Assembly (NCBI RefSeq): GCF_963921235.1
Contig: NC_086108.1
Location: 44,394,001-44,458,000, forward strand
Direction of reading: 5' to 3'
Origin: Mobula hypostoma
Lineage: Eukaryota
Length of the DNA stretch: 64,000 nt
Positions 53,200-64,000 of this stretch are shown here, piece by piece. Made by a program: the position numbers and the translations under genes. Within the stretch, counting starts at the first letter, position 1; each line of letters opens with the position of its first letter. Below the pieces are notes generated by a model that was given only the letters and a program-made list of their open reading frames with translations, did not search any database and was not told where the DNA came from.

Positions 53200-54500
53200 A
53201 TGTGCCAACCTCTCCAAGAGCCCAATAGCCAAATAACCAATCCTGCTGTACTTCCTCCCACTGGCCCTAAAAGGAGCATTATTCCCTTGAGATGGAGTCA
53301 TGCCATTTATACTAGGTACTCTATGATGGTTGAGGTAAATTTTTGATTCTCTGGCGGGCCATCCCCACTCTCATAAATCCCAGTGATCAGGGCCCAATGA
53401 TGGAGAGCCTTAGTCCCCTCCTTTGCTGTGTTCCACTCTTCTCAAGTTTTAAAATCCCAGTCCAACAGGGAGGGATGCTTAACCTTTACCGTGACTGTTA
53501 CTCTGTCCCACAAAGACCTTTCTTCTTGGACTGTCACCCGTAGGGCATTGTTTGCCCCATGGTTTAATGACAATCCTCCCAGGGCACTCACTTCTCAGTT
53601 GGATAAGATCATTCCACCTCCTCCCATCCCGTCCCGTCCCAACCATGCTGTTTATGGTTCCCCTGATTTCTCTCTGTACTGATTCCCCCAGCTCCACCTT
53701 GGAGGAGTCGTCCCTAGTCATCAGTGAGATGGTCACCATTTCAGGTCTTCACTCCCAATCTTCTTATAGCTGGATGACTCATTATTCCTGGGTTGGATTA
53801 TCCTGGAGTGCTGGGAGACCCTGCAGGCTGAGGTGTGCTTGTTCTATGGATATAGTAACCCTAGTTGGTCATGCTTTCAAAGGCCCAGAGGCTCAGTGAA
53901 GAGGATGACTCTCTCAATCCTCACCATCAAACCAAATATCCCCAAACCAGGTATATGAGTCATTACCCTGTAAAATAAGAGCCTGGGCTTTCACTGGTCT
54001 GGTTGCTAATTAGCCCTACGTGCTGCTTCTTGCTGCTGGATGTTGGCCACGTGGCAGGCGATGCCAACATTCTTTTCCTGAACCAGGTCTGTGCTGACCG
54101 GGTGGCCTCCACCCATGGTTGTGCAATACTGATTCAGTGCCTTCACCTCATGTTTAGGTTTCCCAATTTCCTCCTCCTGAGAGATTGCCTTGTGCTGCCA
54201 TTTCATGATGACCACCAACAGCCAAAAGGTCCTTTTCTGGCTCTCCTCCTTGTTCGGAAACCCTAATCCCATTAGTACGGACACAAGATGGTGTCCCATC
54301 TTTAACCTTCGGGGGTTCCTGCTTGTCCGTCCAATCTGCTGGCATGTCATAGTCCGCCAGCAAATTGACCAGGTTCCCAAACCCTGCAGAGTTATTGATC
54401 CACCCCTTTACACGGTATTCTTCACACGGGGTCTCTTTCTTCTTACACGTATTTCTAAATATTTGTTTTCTATTGCACCTGCTAGATTCCTTGCTGACTA
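53200..54500 (-). pseudogene. gag: ERV-L-like gag remnant
   Basis: VKAQALILQGNDSYTWFGDIWFD (about 53926-53994) and NQYREKSGEP*TAWLGR...EVSALGGLS...RSLWDRV...KHP...WNTAKEG...GIYESGDGPPENQKFT, colinear with recalled ERV-L gag motifs (VRALIGKEWDPETWNGDVW; YRQKSGE..W.WILRVWD; GPED.P.T). Confidence 0.75.
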
Positions 54501-54599
54501 TGCCAGAATGTTTTGTTAAAACAACAGGTTCTTGGATCTGACGCAACACGACAGAAAAATACCAGGTCCAATTATCTAGAACTACAAAACTATGTATAT

Positions 54600-54967
54600 A
54601 GAACAGAACAGAGCAAGCATTAAAATACTTACCTAGTCACACTCAGGCCTCTTGCACTGCAGCACCCTCCCATTCAGCCGATCCGCAGCACTGTCCGCTA
54701 CCAGCCAGACAGCGAAGCCCCCTAAATAAACTATCCCAATCCCTCTGCACACTCTACTTTTAAACCCTTTCCACTAATATGAAATGCTGAAGTAAGTGGT
54801 CCAGTATATCTTAACCCACTAAATTAGAACCAATCATCACTTGTCACCACTCTTGTGTTCAACTAACTTTGATGCTGTTCCCACAGTAGTAATCAAAGCT
54901 TCTGCAGCCAGCTCTAACATTCAAGGCCACGCTGTTGGTGAGACAATAGATGAGCATAAAGTATACA
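54600..54967 (-). repeat. ERV 5' LTR
   Basis: Direct repeat of 51197-51566; minus-strand GGTAAGT donor-like site at about 54627-54633; U5 end and PBS not resolved. Confidence 0.8.
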
Positions 54968-55590
54968 ATGGTCTACTGGGCAAAAGTGACCTTTGTCCAA
55001 CTTGTATACTTCTGAGACGTGGACTACCAATAGCAGGTACCTCACTCGCTCACTATGGAGAGACCACAAACACTTTCAAAAACCTTTCAAAATCCTCAAA
55101 TATATTCTCAGAGTAAGCAAATCAATGTAAGTTTCTCTTCCAGGTCAACATCTGCAATGAAGTGCTAGTTGTACTCTTTTTCTTCTTTGCCTCCAGCAGG
55201 AAAACCTCATTGTCTGCATGTGCAACGCCAGACCCTGATGTAGGTAACTCAAATTTGAGTTCTTACAGGCAAGAGGTTACTAGTCTGAACAGAGGAACAG
55301 ATTCATGCATGTTCTCAAAGATGCCTTGGAAAAATTGCAATATCCACATCAACTGTAGGGAGTTCTTAGCCATGATAGCTCAGAGTGGAGAAAGAGCATT
55401 TAGGATGGTGTTAAGAATTTTGAGCCTATTCATTGGAAATACAGAAGCCCAACATAAACTATGGGAATATCACGCGCTTCCCAAACTAACCTATCAATGG
55501 AGTACCCCTTACCTGGTTGAACACCTGCCACCTCTGGCAAACTCTTTAGGTCTATAGGAGAATTCATTAAACCGGTGTGGAAACAAGGCT
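54968..55590 (+). mobile_element. RTE-clade LINE remnant, right part
   Basis: atggtctactgggca...tctgagacgtggactacc (VY.A...SETWT motif) continues the RTE interrupted by the ERV. Confidence 0.6.
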
Positions 55591-55878
55591 TGAAGAGGAA
55601 GATGGGATTTTTAAAATGAAATAAATCACAACTCATTGGGTTACTGGACCTTGAGGTTCCAGGGATGAGGCGACATGCCTTTTTGAAGATAAAAATAATA
55701 AAGTGGTAGGAAACAAGAAACTGAGTATATATAATTGAAAGGGGAAAAATTGCACCCTTTTGCATTTAAGGTTCAAAATAAAAGAGCCTTAAATATTGCA
55801 AGAGGCTCGTATGGAAAGATACAGCACAGGCCCTTATCTCCCACCAATAGGTGCTTCGTTGATGATGGGTGGGGTCTT

Positions 55879-55920
55879 CAGGAAAGGGGTTAGATGAACT
55901 GTCGTCTAACCCCTTTCCTG
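55879..55920. other. 42-bp hairpin (19-bp arms, 4-nt loop)
   Basis: caggaaaggggttagatga-actg-tcgtctaacccctttcctg; the single non-Watson-Crick pair is U-G on the + strand. Confidence 0.9.
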
Positions 55921-56479
55921 TTTTCTGCTTTAAAAGCAGCTTAAATTAACAACAGGTATTCTTTCTATTTGTGCTGTACACGCAGCAGGCTAGGTCAGAT
56001 TTTTGCAGGTTGCTCTGATTTCCATACTGCTAATTGCCTTAAATGGAGAGAATTGGTTCCAGTGCACACACCCATGTGTCACATTATCTACTGGCTGGTT
56101 GGCATATGTGCAATTGTAAATATTTAATAACCTCGGCTGTTCCAGCAGAAATGAACAATGAGGCAAATTTTAGGGGTAGGAGTTGGAGTAAGATGGCATT
56201 GTGGTCTGTGTGATGTAGAAAATCACTACAAGATCCTACTACTATAATGATAAATACTTACTGGAAAATTTTTTCTTTGATCATCTCTAAACCCCTTAAT
56301 TCCCAAGTTAAAGATGGAGTATTTTCCCTGTAGCTCATCCCAGAAATGTAATGTGAATCATTGTGTACCAGTGCTTCATAAATGGTGATGTTCAGTTTCT
56401 TTCTTTTGCACCATGCTTCCTGTGTGTGAATAACTGAGAATGTAACACTGCATTCCAACAGTTTCATTAAAGTAGTTTA

Positions 56480-56810
56480 CAGAAATGAGCTGCTGGAGGA
56501 AGTGGTAGAGTCAGGTACAATCACAACGTTTAAAAGGCACGTAGGTAGGTACATGGAGAAGAAAGATTTTGGGTGATTATGGGTCAAATGCAGGACCCTT
56601 GGTCAGCAAGGATGAGTTAGGCCAAAGGCCTATTTCCATGCTATGTTACTGACTCAGTATGGTGGTGCTGCAACAGCTAGCTCAGATGTTGAATGTCCAG
56701 CTAACTTTGTGAAAGGTTTGTTGTACCTGGAGGGCTATGGTCCAGGTGCAGGTTGATGAGACTAGCAGAATAGGCTGAAGGGCCTGTTCCTGTGATGTAG
56801 TGTTCCATCT
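56480..56810 (+). mobile_element. CR1 3'-end fragments
   Basis: aatgagctgctggaggaagtggtagag...tttaaaaggcac...aggcctatttccatgct, homologous to 38148-38330. Confidence 0.6.
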
Positions 56811-57579
56811 AGAGATGAGTTTTCATCGTGGTATATCAGGTGCAGATAGGTGAAGGGATTGTGACCAAGCAGCTGCACGAACTATGCTTGATCAATTTCA
56901 GGGTTGGAATGTGAAGAAGCAGGAATTTTTCATGATGAAGAAAAACCCACTAAACTCATTGGTTGAACACCATTGAGAGTGCACTGTTTTCACCAGTGCA
57001 TCTTGGGATGTATCATTCTGAGGGGAGATAAGTACCTCCAGCCGTGGAAAAGAGAGGTGTTGTACAGGGCAGGCAGATGGGGGAGAATATGAAGCACATT
57101 TTCCCTATATGCTTCAGTTAATCTGTTGCAGTGATTCAGTAATGCTGTAACTAGAATAAAGCTTTTCTATCTCGAAGTGGCAATGGCATTTGTTAAGACT
57201 TTGGACTCCTGGCTCTCCGCCTATCAGAGTAGCGGTATGTGTGTTTGAGTGGATGAGGACAAATTTTTAAAAGTTTGTGTATCTCGTAGAGTTGAATGAT
57301 TTTCTCTTGTACCACTACTGTAAAGAATGTGCCTATTACTAAGCTGTAGATTAGGGAAAAAAAAAACACTGGTTAAGTTCACTGTTGATTTTTGTAGTCA
57401 TCATTTAAGTTATTTTAACTTGTATACAAGCTTCCACCCATCTTTAAATTTATGTCCCTCATATCTCATGACTTATGAATTTGAAGGATGGGATTTGGAA
57501 AAGGCAGACAACACAGCAATACTATGAACTACATTGAAATGAATGACCTGCTAATTTCCTCTTCACTGTAGAATACAGT

Positions 57580-58237
57580 GATCTCACCTGGTCCCTCAAC
57601 ACTATTACCTTGGTCAAGAAAACATAGCAGTACCCCCATTTCCTGAGGAGACTGAGGCGAGTGAGGATGCCCCTCTACCCCCATTCTAACTAATTTTTGC
57701 AAGAGCACCATCAAGAGTGTCCTGACCAGCTACATCACCGTCTGGTATGAGAATTGCAAGGCATCTGATTGCAAGTCCCTACAAAGGATTGTGAGGACCA
57801 CTAAGAGAATCATTGGGGTCTCTCTTCCACCCATCAGAGATATTTATCCAGAGCGCTGCAAATGCAGGGCCCTTACCCTTGTCACTGTTATATACCTCCC
57901 ATCTGTCCAACAATCTCCGAAGCCCTACCATCGGGCAGGAGGTACCAGAGCATTAGGACAAGAACTGTTAGGGTGGGAAGCAGCTTCTTCCCCCAGGCTG
58001 TAAGACAACTGAACTCTCTGCCATCACCAAGTCTCATCATGTATCAAGCACCAGTAGCATTATACTGTTTACAGTTTAGCTTGTGTCATAAATGCATCTT
58101 ATTGTTTGTTAACCTATTTGTGGTAATATTACTTCTGTTGTGTGTGAGAGTTGTATGTACTGTGTTGTGCAACATGGTCCGGAAGAGTGTTGTTTCGTTT
58201 GGCTGTATAAATGTTGAAAACAAACTGACCTTGAAGA
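57580..58237 (+). mobile_element. Rex1/Babar LINE 3' fragment
   Basis: ILTNFCKSTIKSVLTSYITVWY...LQRIVRTTKRIIGVSLPPIRDIY...LPSGRRYQSIRTRT...SSFFPQAVRQLN. Confidence 0.85.
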
Positions 58238-58270
58238 CCATTGCTTTATACTGGGAACATTATTTTACTT

Positions 58271-58342
58271 AACCATATAACCATATAACAATTACAGCAC
58301 AGAAACAGGCCATCTCGGCCCTTCTAGTCCGTGCCGAATGCT
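58271..58342 (-). mobile_element. 72-bp extreme 3' end of the same CR1 family as 35263-38347
   Basis: Reverse complement nearly identical to 38279-38347, including the ttatatgg tail repeats. Confidence 0.85.
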
Positions 58343-59044
58343 TGAAGTGGAGTTCATTTAACATCATTGACTGAGCAACTGAAAGTGCTCTTGAACCGTT
58401 GAAGGTGCTCACATTAATATTACACACTTGGTCATGAATATCCTGGTTTTAGTTAAGTACTGTGCTGTATCCAAATTATTCCAAGTCTAAAACCTGATCC
58501 CTGGATTCTCTAGTTGGAATGGGTTTGATGGTTGGAAGGCAGGGATGTGACTCTTGCCTGCTGTTTAACAGCCCAGGTATGTTAACTTGGTTCTGTGCTC
58601 TGGAATTGGTTGTAGGTAGGGGCTGTTCACTTGCACAAAGACTGTGATTCCAGGGTCTGATGAGGACCAAACCTATATGTGGGAACAAATTTATTCTTGT
58701 ATTTTGTTTTTGTATTAAAAAGTTGCAGATGTTATTTAGATTTTTTTTGGTAACGTTTTTCCTGTCATGTTGTTCTGAAAGTATTTGCCAATGTTGAAAT
58801 AGTGGACACGTATTTCACTGTAATATATTTAGATTAAGCCAATTTGGCAGACTGAAAATATATTTGCACTGTGATAGTCACCCAATCATAACCCACATGT
58901 AGTCTTCCAAAACAAGAGTTCCTTAAAATGGAAATGCTGTAAAGGACGTACGAAGCCAGGCCAAGGCCCTATTTTTTTTTATTGAACCTTCTTTAACCAA
59001 CTTGCTATACTTCTCAAAAGCAAACAGTAGTTGCTGAAGCATGA

Positions 59045-59555
59045 TCATAAGACCGTAAGACATAGGAACAGAATTAGGCCATTCCGCCCATTGAGTCTGC
59101 TTCGCCATTCCATCATGGCTGATCCCGGATCCCACTCAACCCCGTACACCTGCCTTCTTGCCATATCTTTTGATGCCCTGACCGATCAGGAAGCGATCAA
59201 CTTCCTACGGACTTGGCCTCCACTGCATCTGTGGCAAAGCGTTCCACAGATACACTACTCTTTAGCTAAAAAAAAAAAAAATAAATTCCTCTTTACCTCT
59301 GCTCTGAAAGGTCACCCCTCAATTTTGAGGCTGTGCCCTCTAGTTCTGGATACCACCACCATAGGCAATATCCTCACCATGTCGTCCCTATCTAGTCCTT
59401 TCAACATTCAGTAGGTTTCAATTAGATCTCTTCCCCGCCCCCCCCGCCCCGCATTCTTCTAAATTTCAGTGAGTACAAGCCCAAAGCTGCCAAACGCCCT
59501 CCATATGTTAACCCCTTCATTCCCGGAATCATCCTCGTGAACCTTCTGTGGTCAC
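59045..59555 (-). mobile_element. CR1 3'-end fragment
   Basis: cataagaccgtaagacatagg tail, aggctgtgccctctagttct (TRGH motif on minus strand); same family as 16490-17220. Confidence 0.75.
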
Positions 59556-59976
59556 TCAAAATTACCAATATTTCAATAGGCTAGGTCAAATGTGGAGATG
59601 AAATTTAAATTGATGGAAATGTGGATGATTGGTATGGTCCTCTTCAGTAGCATTCATTTGTTGCAGTCAGACTTGTTATTTTTGTTTATTTTACAAGTGA
59701 ACCCTGATTTCCCTTCTATCTTCCTAATGTTAGCTCCTGATTCCTGGTACATGGCACTTGTATCATAGATTTCTTTTGTTCATAATAGTTCCTTGTTCTT
59801 GGGAGAAGCAGCACAGTTGGTGATTTCACCTTTAGCTAAAATTGTACTAAAAAAGTTATCTTCAGATTGGACTAAAACACAAAATTTAATTATTGCATAT
59901 TTGGAGGCATGGAACATATGATCGTGGCTGACTCTCTGTCTTTGAACTCTCTGCCTTTTCCCCATATTCCCATATA

Positions 59977-61570
59977 CAGTGGCATGCAGAAGTTTGGGCA
60001 CCGCTGGTCAAAATTTCTGTTACTGTGAATAGTTAAGTGAGTAGAAGATGAACTGATCTCCAAAAGTCATAAAGTTAAAGATGAAACATTCTTTTCAACA
60101 TTTAAGCAAGATTAGTGTATTATTTTTGTTTTGTACAATTTTAGAGTGGAGGAAAAAAGGAAAGGAGCATCATGCAAAAGTTTGGGCACCCCCAAGAGTT
60201 TGAGCACTCAGATGACTTTTGCCAAGGTCTCAGACCTTAATTAGCTTGTTAGTCATGGTTAGGAAAGGCCAGGTGATGCAAAGCTTTATAAATACCCTGA
60301 CTTCTCAAACCTTGTCCCAGCAATCAGCAGCCTTGGGCTCCTCTAAGCAGCTGCCTAGCACTCTGAAAATTAAAATAAATGATGTCCACAAAACAGGAGA
60401 AGGCTATAAGAAGATAGCAAAGCGTTTTCAGGTAGCCGTTTCCTCAGTTCGTAATGTAATTAAGAAATGGCAGTTAACAGGAACGGTGGAGGTCAAGTTG
60501 AGGTCTGGAAGACCAAGAACACTTTCCGAGAGAACTGCTTGTAGGATTGCTAGAAAGGCAAATCGAAACCCCTGTTTGACTGCAAAAGACCTTAATGAAG
60601 ATTTAGCAGACTCTGGAGTGGTGGTGCACTGTTCTACTGTGCAGCGACACCTGCACAAATATGATCTTCATGGAAGAGTCATCAGAAGAAAACCTTTCCT
60701 GCGTCCTCACCACAAAATTCAGCGTCAGAAGTTTGCAAAGGAACATCTAAACAAGCCTGATGCATTTTGGAAACAAGTCCTATGGACCGATGAAGTTAAA
60801 ATAGAATTTATTGGCGCAATGAGTAAAGGTATGTTTGGAGAAAAAAGGGGTGCAGAATTTCATTAAAAGAACACCTCTCCAACTGTTAAACACAGGGGTG
60901 GATCGAGCATGCTTTGGGCTTGTGTTGCAGCCAGTGGCACGGGGAACATTTCACTGGTAGAGGGAAGAATGAATTCAATTAAATACCAGCAAATTCTGGA
61001 TGCAAACATCACACTGTAAAAAAAAAAGTTGAAGATGAAAAGAGGATGGCTTCTACAACAGGATGATGATCCTAAACACATCTCAAAATCCACAATGGAC
61101 TACCTCAAGAGGCGCAAGCTGAAGGTTTTGCCATGGCCCTCACAGTCCCCCGACCTAAACATCATCGAAAATCTGTGGATAGACCTCAAAAGAGTAGTGC
61201 ATGCGAAACGGCCCAAGAATCTCACAGAGTTTGAAGCCTTTTGCAAGGAAGAATGGGCAAAAATCCCCCAAACAAGAATTGAAAGACTCTTAACTGGCTA
61301 CAGAAAGCATTTACAAGCTGTGATACTTGCCAAAGGGGGTGTTACTAAGTACTGACCATGCAGGGTACCCAAACTTTTGCTTCGGGCCCTTTTCCGTTTT
61401 TGTTATTTTGAAACTAAAAGAAGGAAATAAAAAAAGTGATCTTAAAATATTAAAGAAATATGTCATCTTCAACTTTATGCCTTTTGGAAATCAGTTCATC
61501 TTTTACTCGCTTAGCTATTCACAGTAACAGAAATTTTGACCAGGGGTGCCCAAACTTTTGCATGCCACTG
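59977..61570 (+). mobile_element. Full-length Tc1-family transposon (IR/DR type), defective
   Basis: TA-CAGTGGCATGCAGAAGTTTGGGCACC ... GGTGCCCAAACTTTTGCATGCCACTG-TA, with inner DRs at about 60170-60192 and 61362-61380; 1594 bp. Confidence 0.97.
60333..61355 (+). pseudogene. Tc1 DD34E transposase pseudogene
   Basis: TTG in place of the presumed ATG, then GSSKQL...GEGYKKIAK...RSGRP...LWTDEVKIE, a frameshifted middle, and QQDDDPKH...WPSQSPDLNIIENLW...KGGVTKY*; 34 residues between the second D and E. Confidence 0.95.
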
Positions 61571-61689
61571 TACATTGTATCTCAGAATCTGTCTCCTTAA
61601 CTGTATTCAGCATATTTGCTCCACTGCCTTCAAGGATTATTCTGAAGGTCCATCACCCTCTGCATCAAGAAATTCTTCTTCTTTCAGTC

Positions 61690-62012
61690 CTGAATCAGAA
61701 TCCTGCTCCATATGGAGTGAAGTTTGTTGTTTTGTAGCAGCAGTGCAGCACAAGACATAATTTTACTAAAAATTACAAAATAGTGGGAAAATAAAAAAGA
61801 AATAATGTAGAGTTCCTGGACCATTCAGAAACCTGATGGTGGAGGGGAAGAAGCTGTTCCTGATTCTTTGGGTGCGGGTCTTCAGGCTCCTGTGCTATCT
61901 CCCTGACGGTGGTAATGAGAAGAGCGCATGTCCTGGATGGTGAGGGTCCTTGAAAGATGCTGCATTCGTGAGGCACCAGCTCTTGAAGCTGTCCTTGATG
62001 GTGGAGAGGTTT
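61690..62012 (-). mobile_element. Rex1/Babar-like LINE 3' fragment
   Basis: Minus strand reads HHPGHALFSLPPSGR...SLKTRTQRIRNSFFPSTIRFLN; (gattc/tgattc) tail. Confidence 0.75.
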
Positions 62013-62180
62013 GACCGCTGGAGTTTAAACCCTTCTAACCTGGAGAAATAATACCACTTGTATTTGGCCTGTCGAAATTTTGTCTGTTTTAATGAGATCT
62101 GCTCTTATTCTTCTAAATATACATTCAGGCCTGTTTGACCCAATACCTCCTTAATCCTGTGATCATAAGACACCTTAGAG

Positions 62181-62246
62181 CGGGGGTTCTCCATCTTTTT
62201 TTACATGCCATGGACCCCTGCCATTTACCGAGATTGGGAACCCCTG
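62181..62246. mobile_element. Possible tiny hAT (Charlie-like) MITE
   Basis: Imperfect TIRs cgggggttctccatc / gattgggaacccctg; 8-bp TSD not clean. Confidence 0.45.
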
Positions 62247-63339
62247 CTACAGAAATTCTACGTACATAACTTTAAGTGATTTGTGTTCGTTCATGAATGC
62301 ATGCCTATACATGTCAAACATGCAAAAAAAACCTTCAAATTATTTATTTGAGTTGCAATATTCAAGCTTAATTTAAATGTGCCTGCATTGGAATCGAATG
62401 TGAAATCTGATCCAGCTGCTGTGGAAACCTGGTGTAAAATTGTTTGCCTTTTGCCAATAGTTTGTGTACAGAATACATCATGTAAAACAGGAAGACTTTT
62501 TTTCATCTTTAGGAGGTTGATAAGATTGAGTGGTGAAAGGCTTACTGAGGGTGTGGGAGGAAGTCTTGGAATAGGCTGAAGCATTGTTAGCTGTGATGGA
62601 ATGGGTGAAGGAAGGCTAAATCGCAGCTGTATTCTTCACTCGCGAATTGGAAGGTGGAAATAAATAATCCTGGTTTTTATTATCACCAAAGAATTTATAA
62701 TTTTCAATTTCCTAGCTCTTCATGCCTGGATATTATAAAACACTCACCATGCAAAAGGAACATGCATGTTGAGCAAGAAAGGTGCACTCAGCTTCTTTCC
62801 CTATGCTCTTCCATCACTTCCTTTTCCCCCCACTCACCTTCAACGTAAACCTGACTGCCTTTCTTCAGTTCTGAAAAAGGATCTTTGACCTGAACTCTTT
62901 CACTTTCCATAGATGCCAACCTCTTCAGTGTTTCCTCTACTTTCTATTTTTGTTTCAGATTTCTAGCATCTGCATTTTTCTTTTGGCTTTGGTTCAGTAC
63001 TTTAGAGGTCAAACACGGTTGAGCAGAGACAGTTACCTCTGCAAATTACTCTTTAGTAGTCAGTTCAAAAATTAATCTCTTGTCTCATGTTTTGCAATGA
63101 ATTCCACAATCAGCTAGATGGCTTCCTGTAGGAAGAGGGCAAAATGACTAGCCATTTAATTCTGAATAAAAACACACTGCAGTTGCCAATAGACGTTTTT
63201 TGGTAATCTTTCTGTTGAGTGAAATACTTTTAGTTCAAGACCAAGGTCAGTTGTGTGTTTTGTTTTCCTGAATTTTCCCCATGTTTACTTGCTGCTGCAC
63301 TCAGCTGTGAGATGGTGGATGACATTTTCTCTGATGTCT

Positions 63340-64000
63340 ATTCCAGATAGTAGATCCTGGGGATTGGAAAGTAGTAAATATGCCCCCTTTGCTTGAGAAA
63401 GCAAGAAAGTATGGGCATTCCTCATGACTACAGATCAGTAAGGCTAGCATTAGTGATAAATTAGAAATGAGCATGGTGGTGGGGGTAGGTAATTAACAGG
63501 CATGCAGGAGAGATTTCAAAGTTCAAAGTAAATTTATTAACAAAGTACATATACCAGGACATGTTTGTGTAAAAGCAGACTGTGCTCAACTAGCCTGACA
63601 GAAGGTTGAAGTCTTTGACAGAGTTTCTCAAACAAACTCGTTAACAGAATTAGGCGTTCTGGAATAATAGAGTTAGGTATTGGCTTGGATAAAGGATTAC
63701 CTTAAGGACAGAATTCAAGTTGTGGCAACAAGTTGTTCTCCAGACAGGAGCTTGATAGACAGTGGAATTTACCAAAAGGTCATTGCTTGTTCTGTGCTTT
63801 TTTTATTGATGCATTTAAACAATTAGGATATTGGCATACAGAGTAGACCTTAAATTTATTATACCAAACTTCTCAGGGACAGTGTACTTCAAGGCTACCT
63901 GTCCACTGCAACAGGTATAGACAGGCTACTGGAATAGGCAGACAAATGAGGCAGTTGAGGTATTGCAAATGGCAGAAGGTATGTGGGCAGGCTTTATATA
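63340..64000 (+). mobile_element. Old CR1 RT-region remnant running off the window
   Basis: gattggaaagtagtaaat (DWKV.N), actacagatcagtaagg (NYRPVSL-like), agtggaatttaccaaaaggtc (SG.PQGS-like). Confidence 0.55.

Larger units (their letters stand above)
51197..54967 (-). mobile_element. Internally deleted endogenous retrovirus: LTR-gag-partial pol-env-LTR (class III/ERV-L-like gag-pol, gamma-type env)
   Basis: Diverged direct repeats at about 51197-51566 and 54600-54967. Manual minus-strand translation gives gag, RNase H, integrase and env SU/TM motifs (see sub-features). Confidence 0.85.

Noticed and set aside
54520..54580. Primer-binding site of the ERV
   Set aside because: Candidates (ttgcgtcaga, tggacctgg, tggtatt on the minus strand) are too degenerate to assign a tRNA.
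55879..55931. Rho-independent terminator
   Set aside because: The hairpin plus T-run shape fits, but the DNA is vertebrate with no bacterial gene upstream.

Overview
Eukaryotic, repeat-dense, apparently non-coding vertebrate DNA. The repeat families (V-SINE/HE1-like and DeuSINE-like SINEs, abundant CR1, Penelope-like palindromes) point to a cartilaginous fish, probably a ray or skate; this is inference. I found no host protein-coding exon. Every ORF with recognisable homology is a decayed transposable element, and the window may lie inside a large intron. Contents: three Tc1-type DNA transposons, one of which closely matches Sleeping Beauty as I recall it; a decayed Gypsy LTR element; a 4.9 kb 38-bp minisatellite with higher-order structure and YY1-like motifs; a 3 kb CR1 LINE that splits a SINE; a HERO-like RLE retrotransposon fragment; Rex1/Babar and RTE fragments; and many Penelope-derived fold-back insertions with hammerhead-ribozyme-like motifs and 10-17 bp target duplications. 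The best hidden feature is an internally deleted endogenous retrovirus at about 51.2-55.0 kb (minus strand). It has ERV-L/class III-like gag, RNase H and integrase remnants plus a gamma-type env TM, and it is largely invisible in the ORF track. All family assignments come from manual translation and recalled motifs, not database searches.
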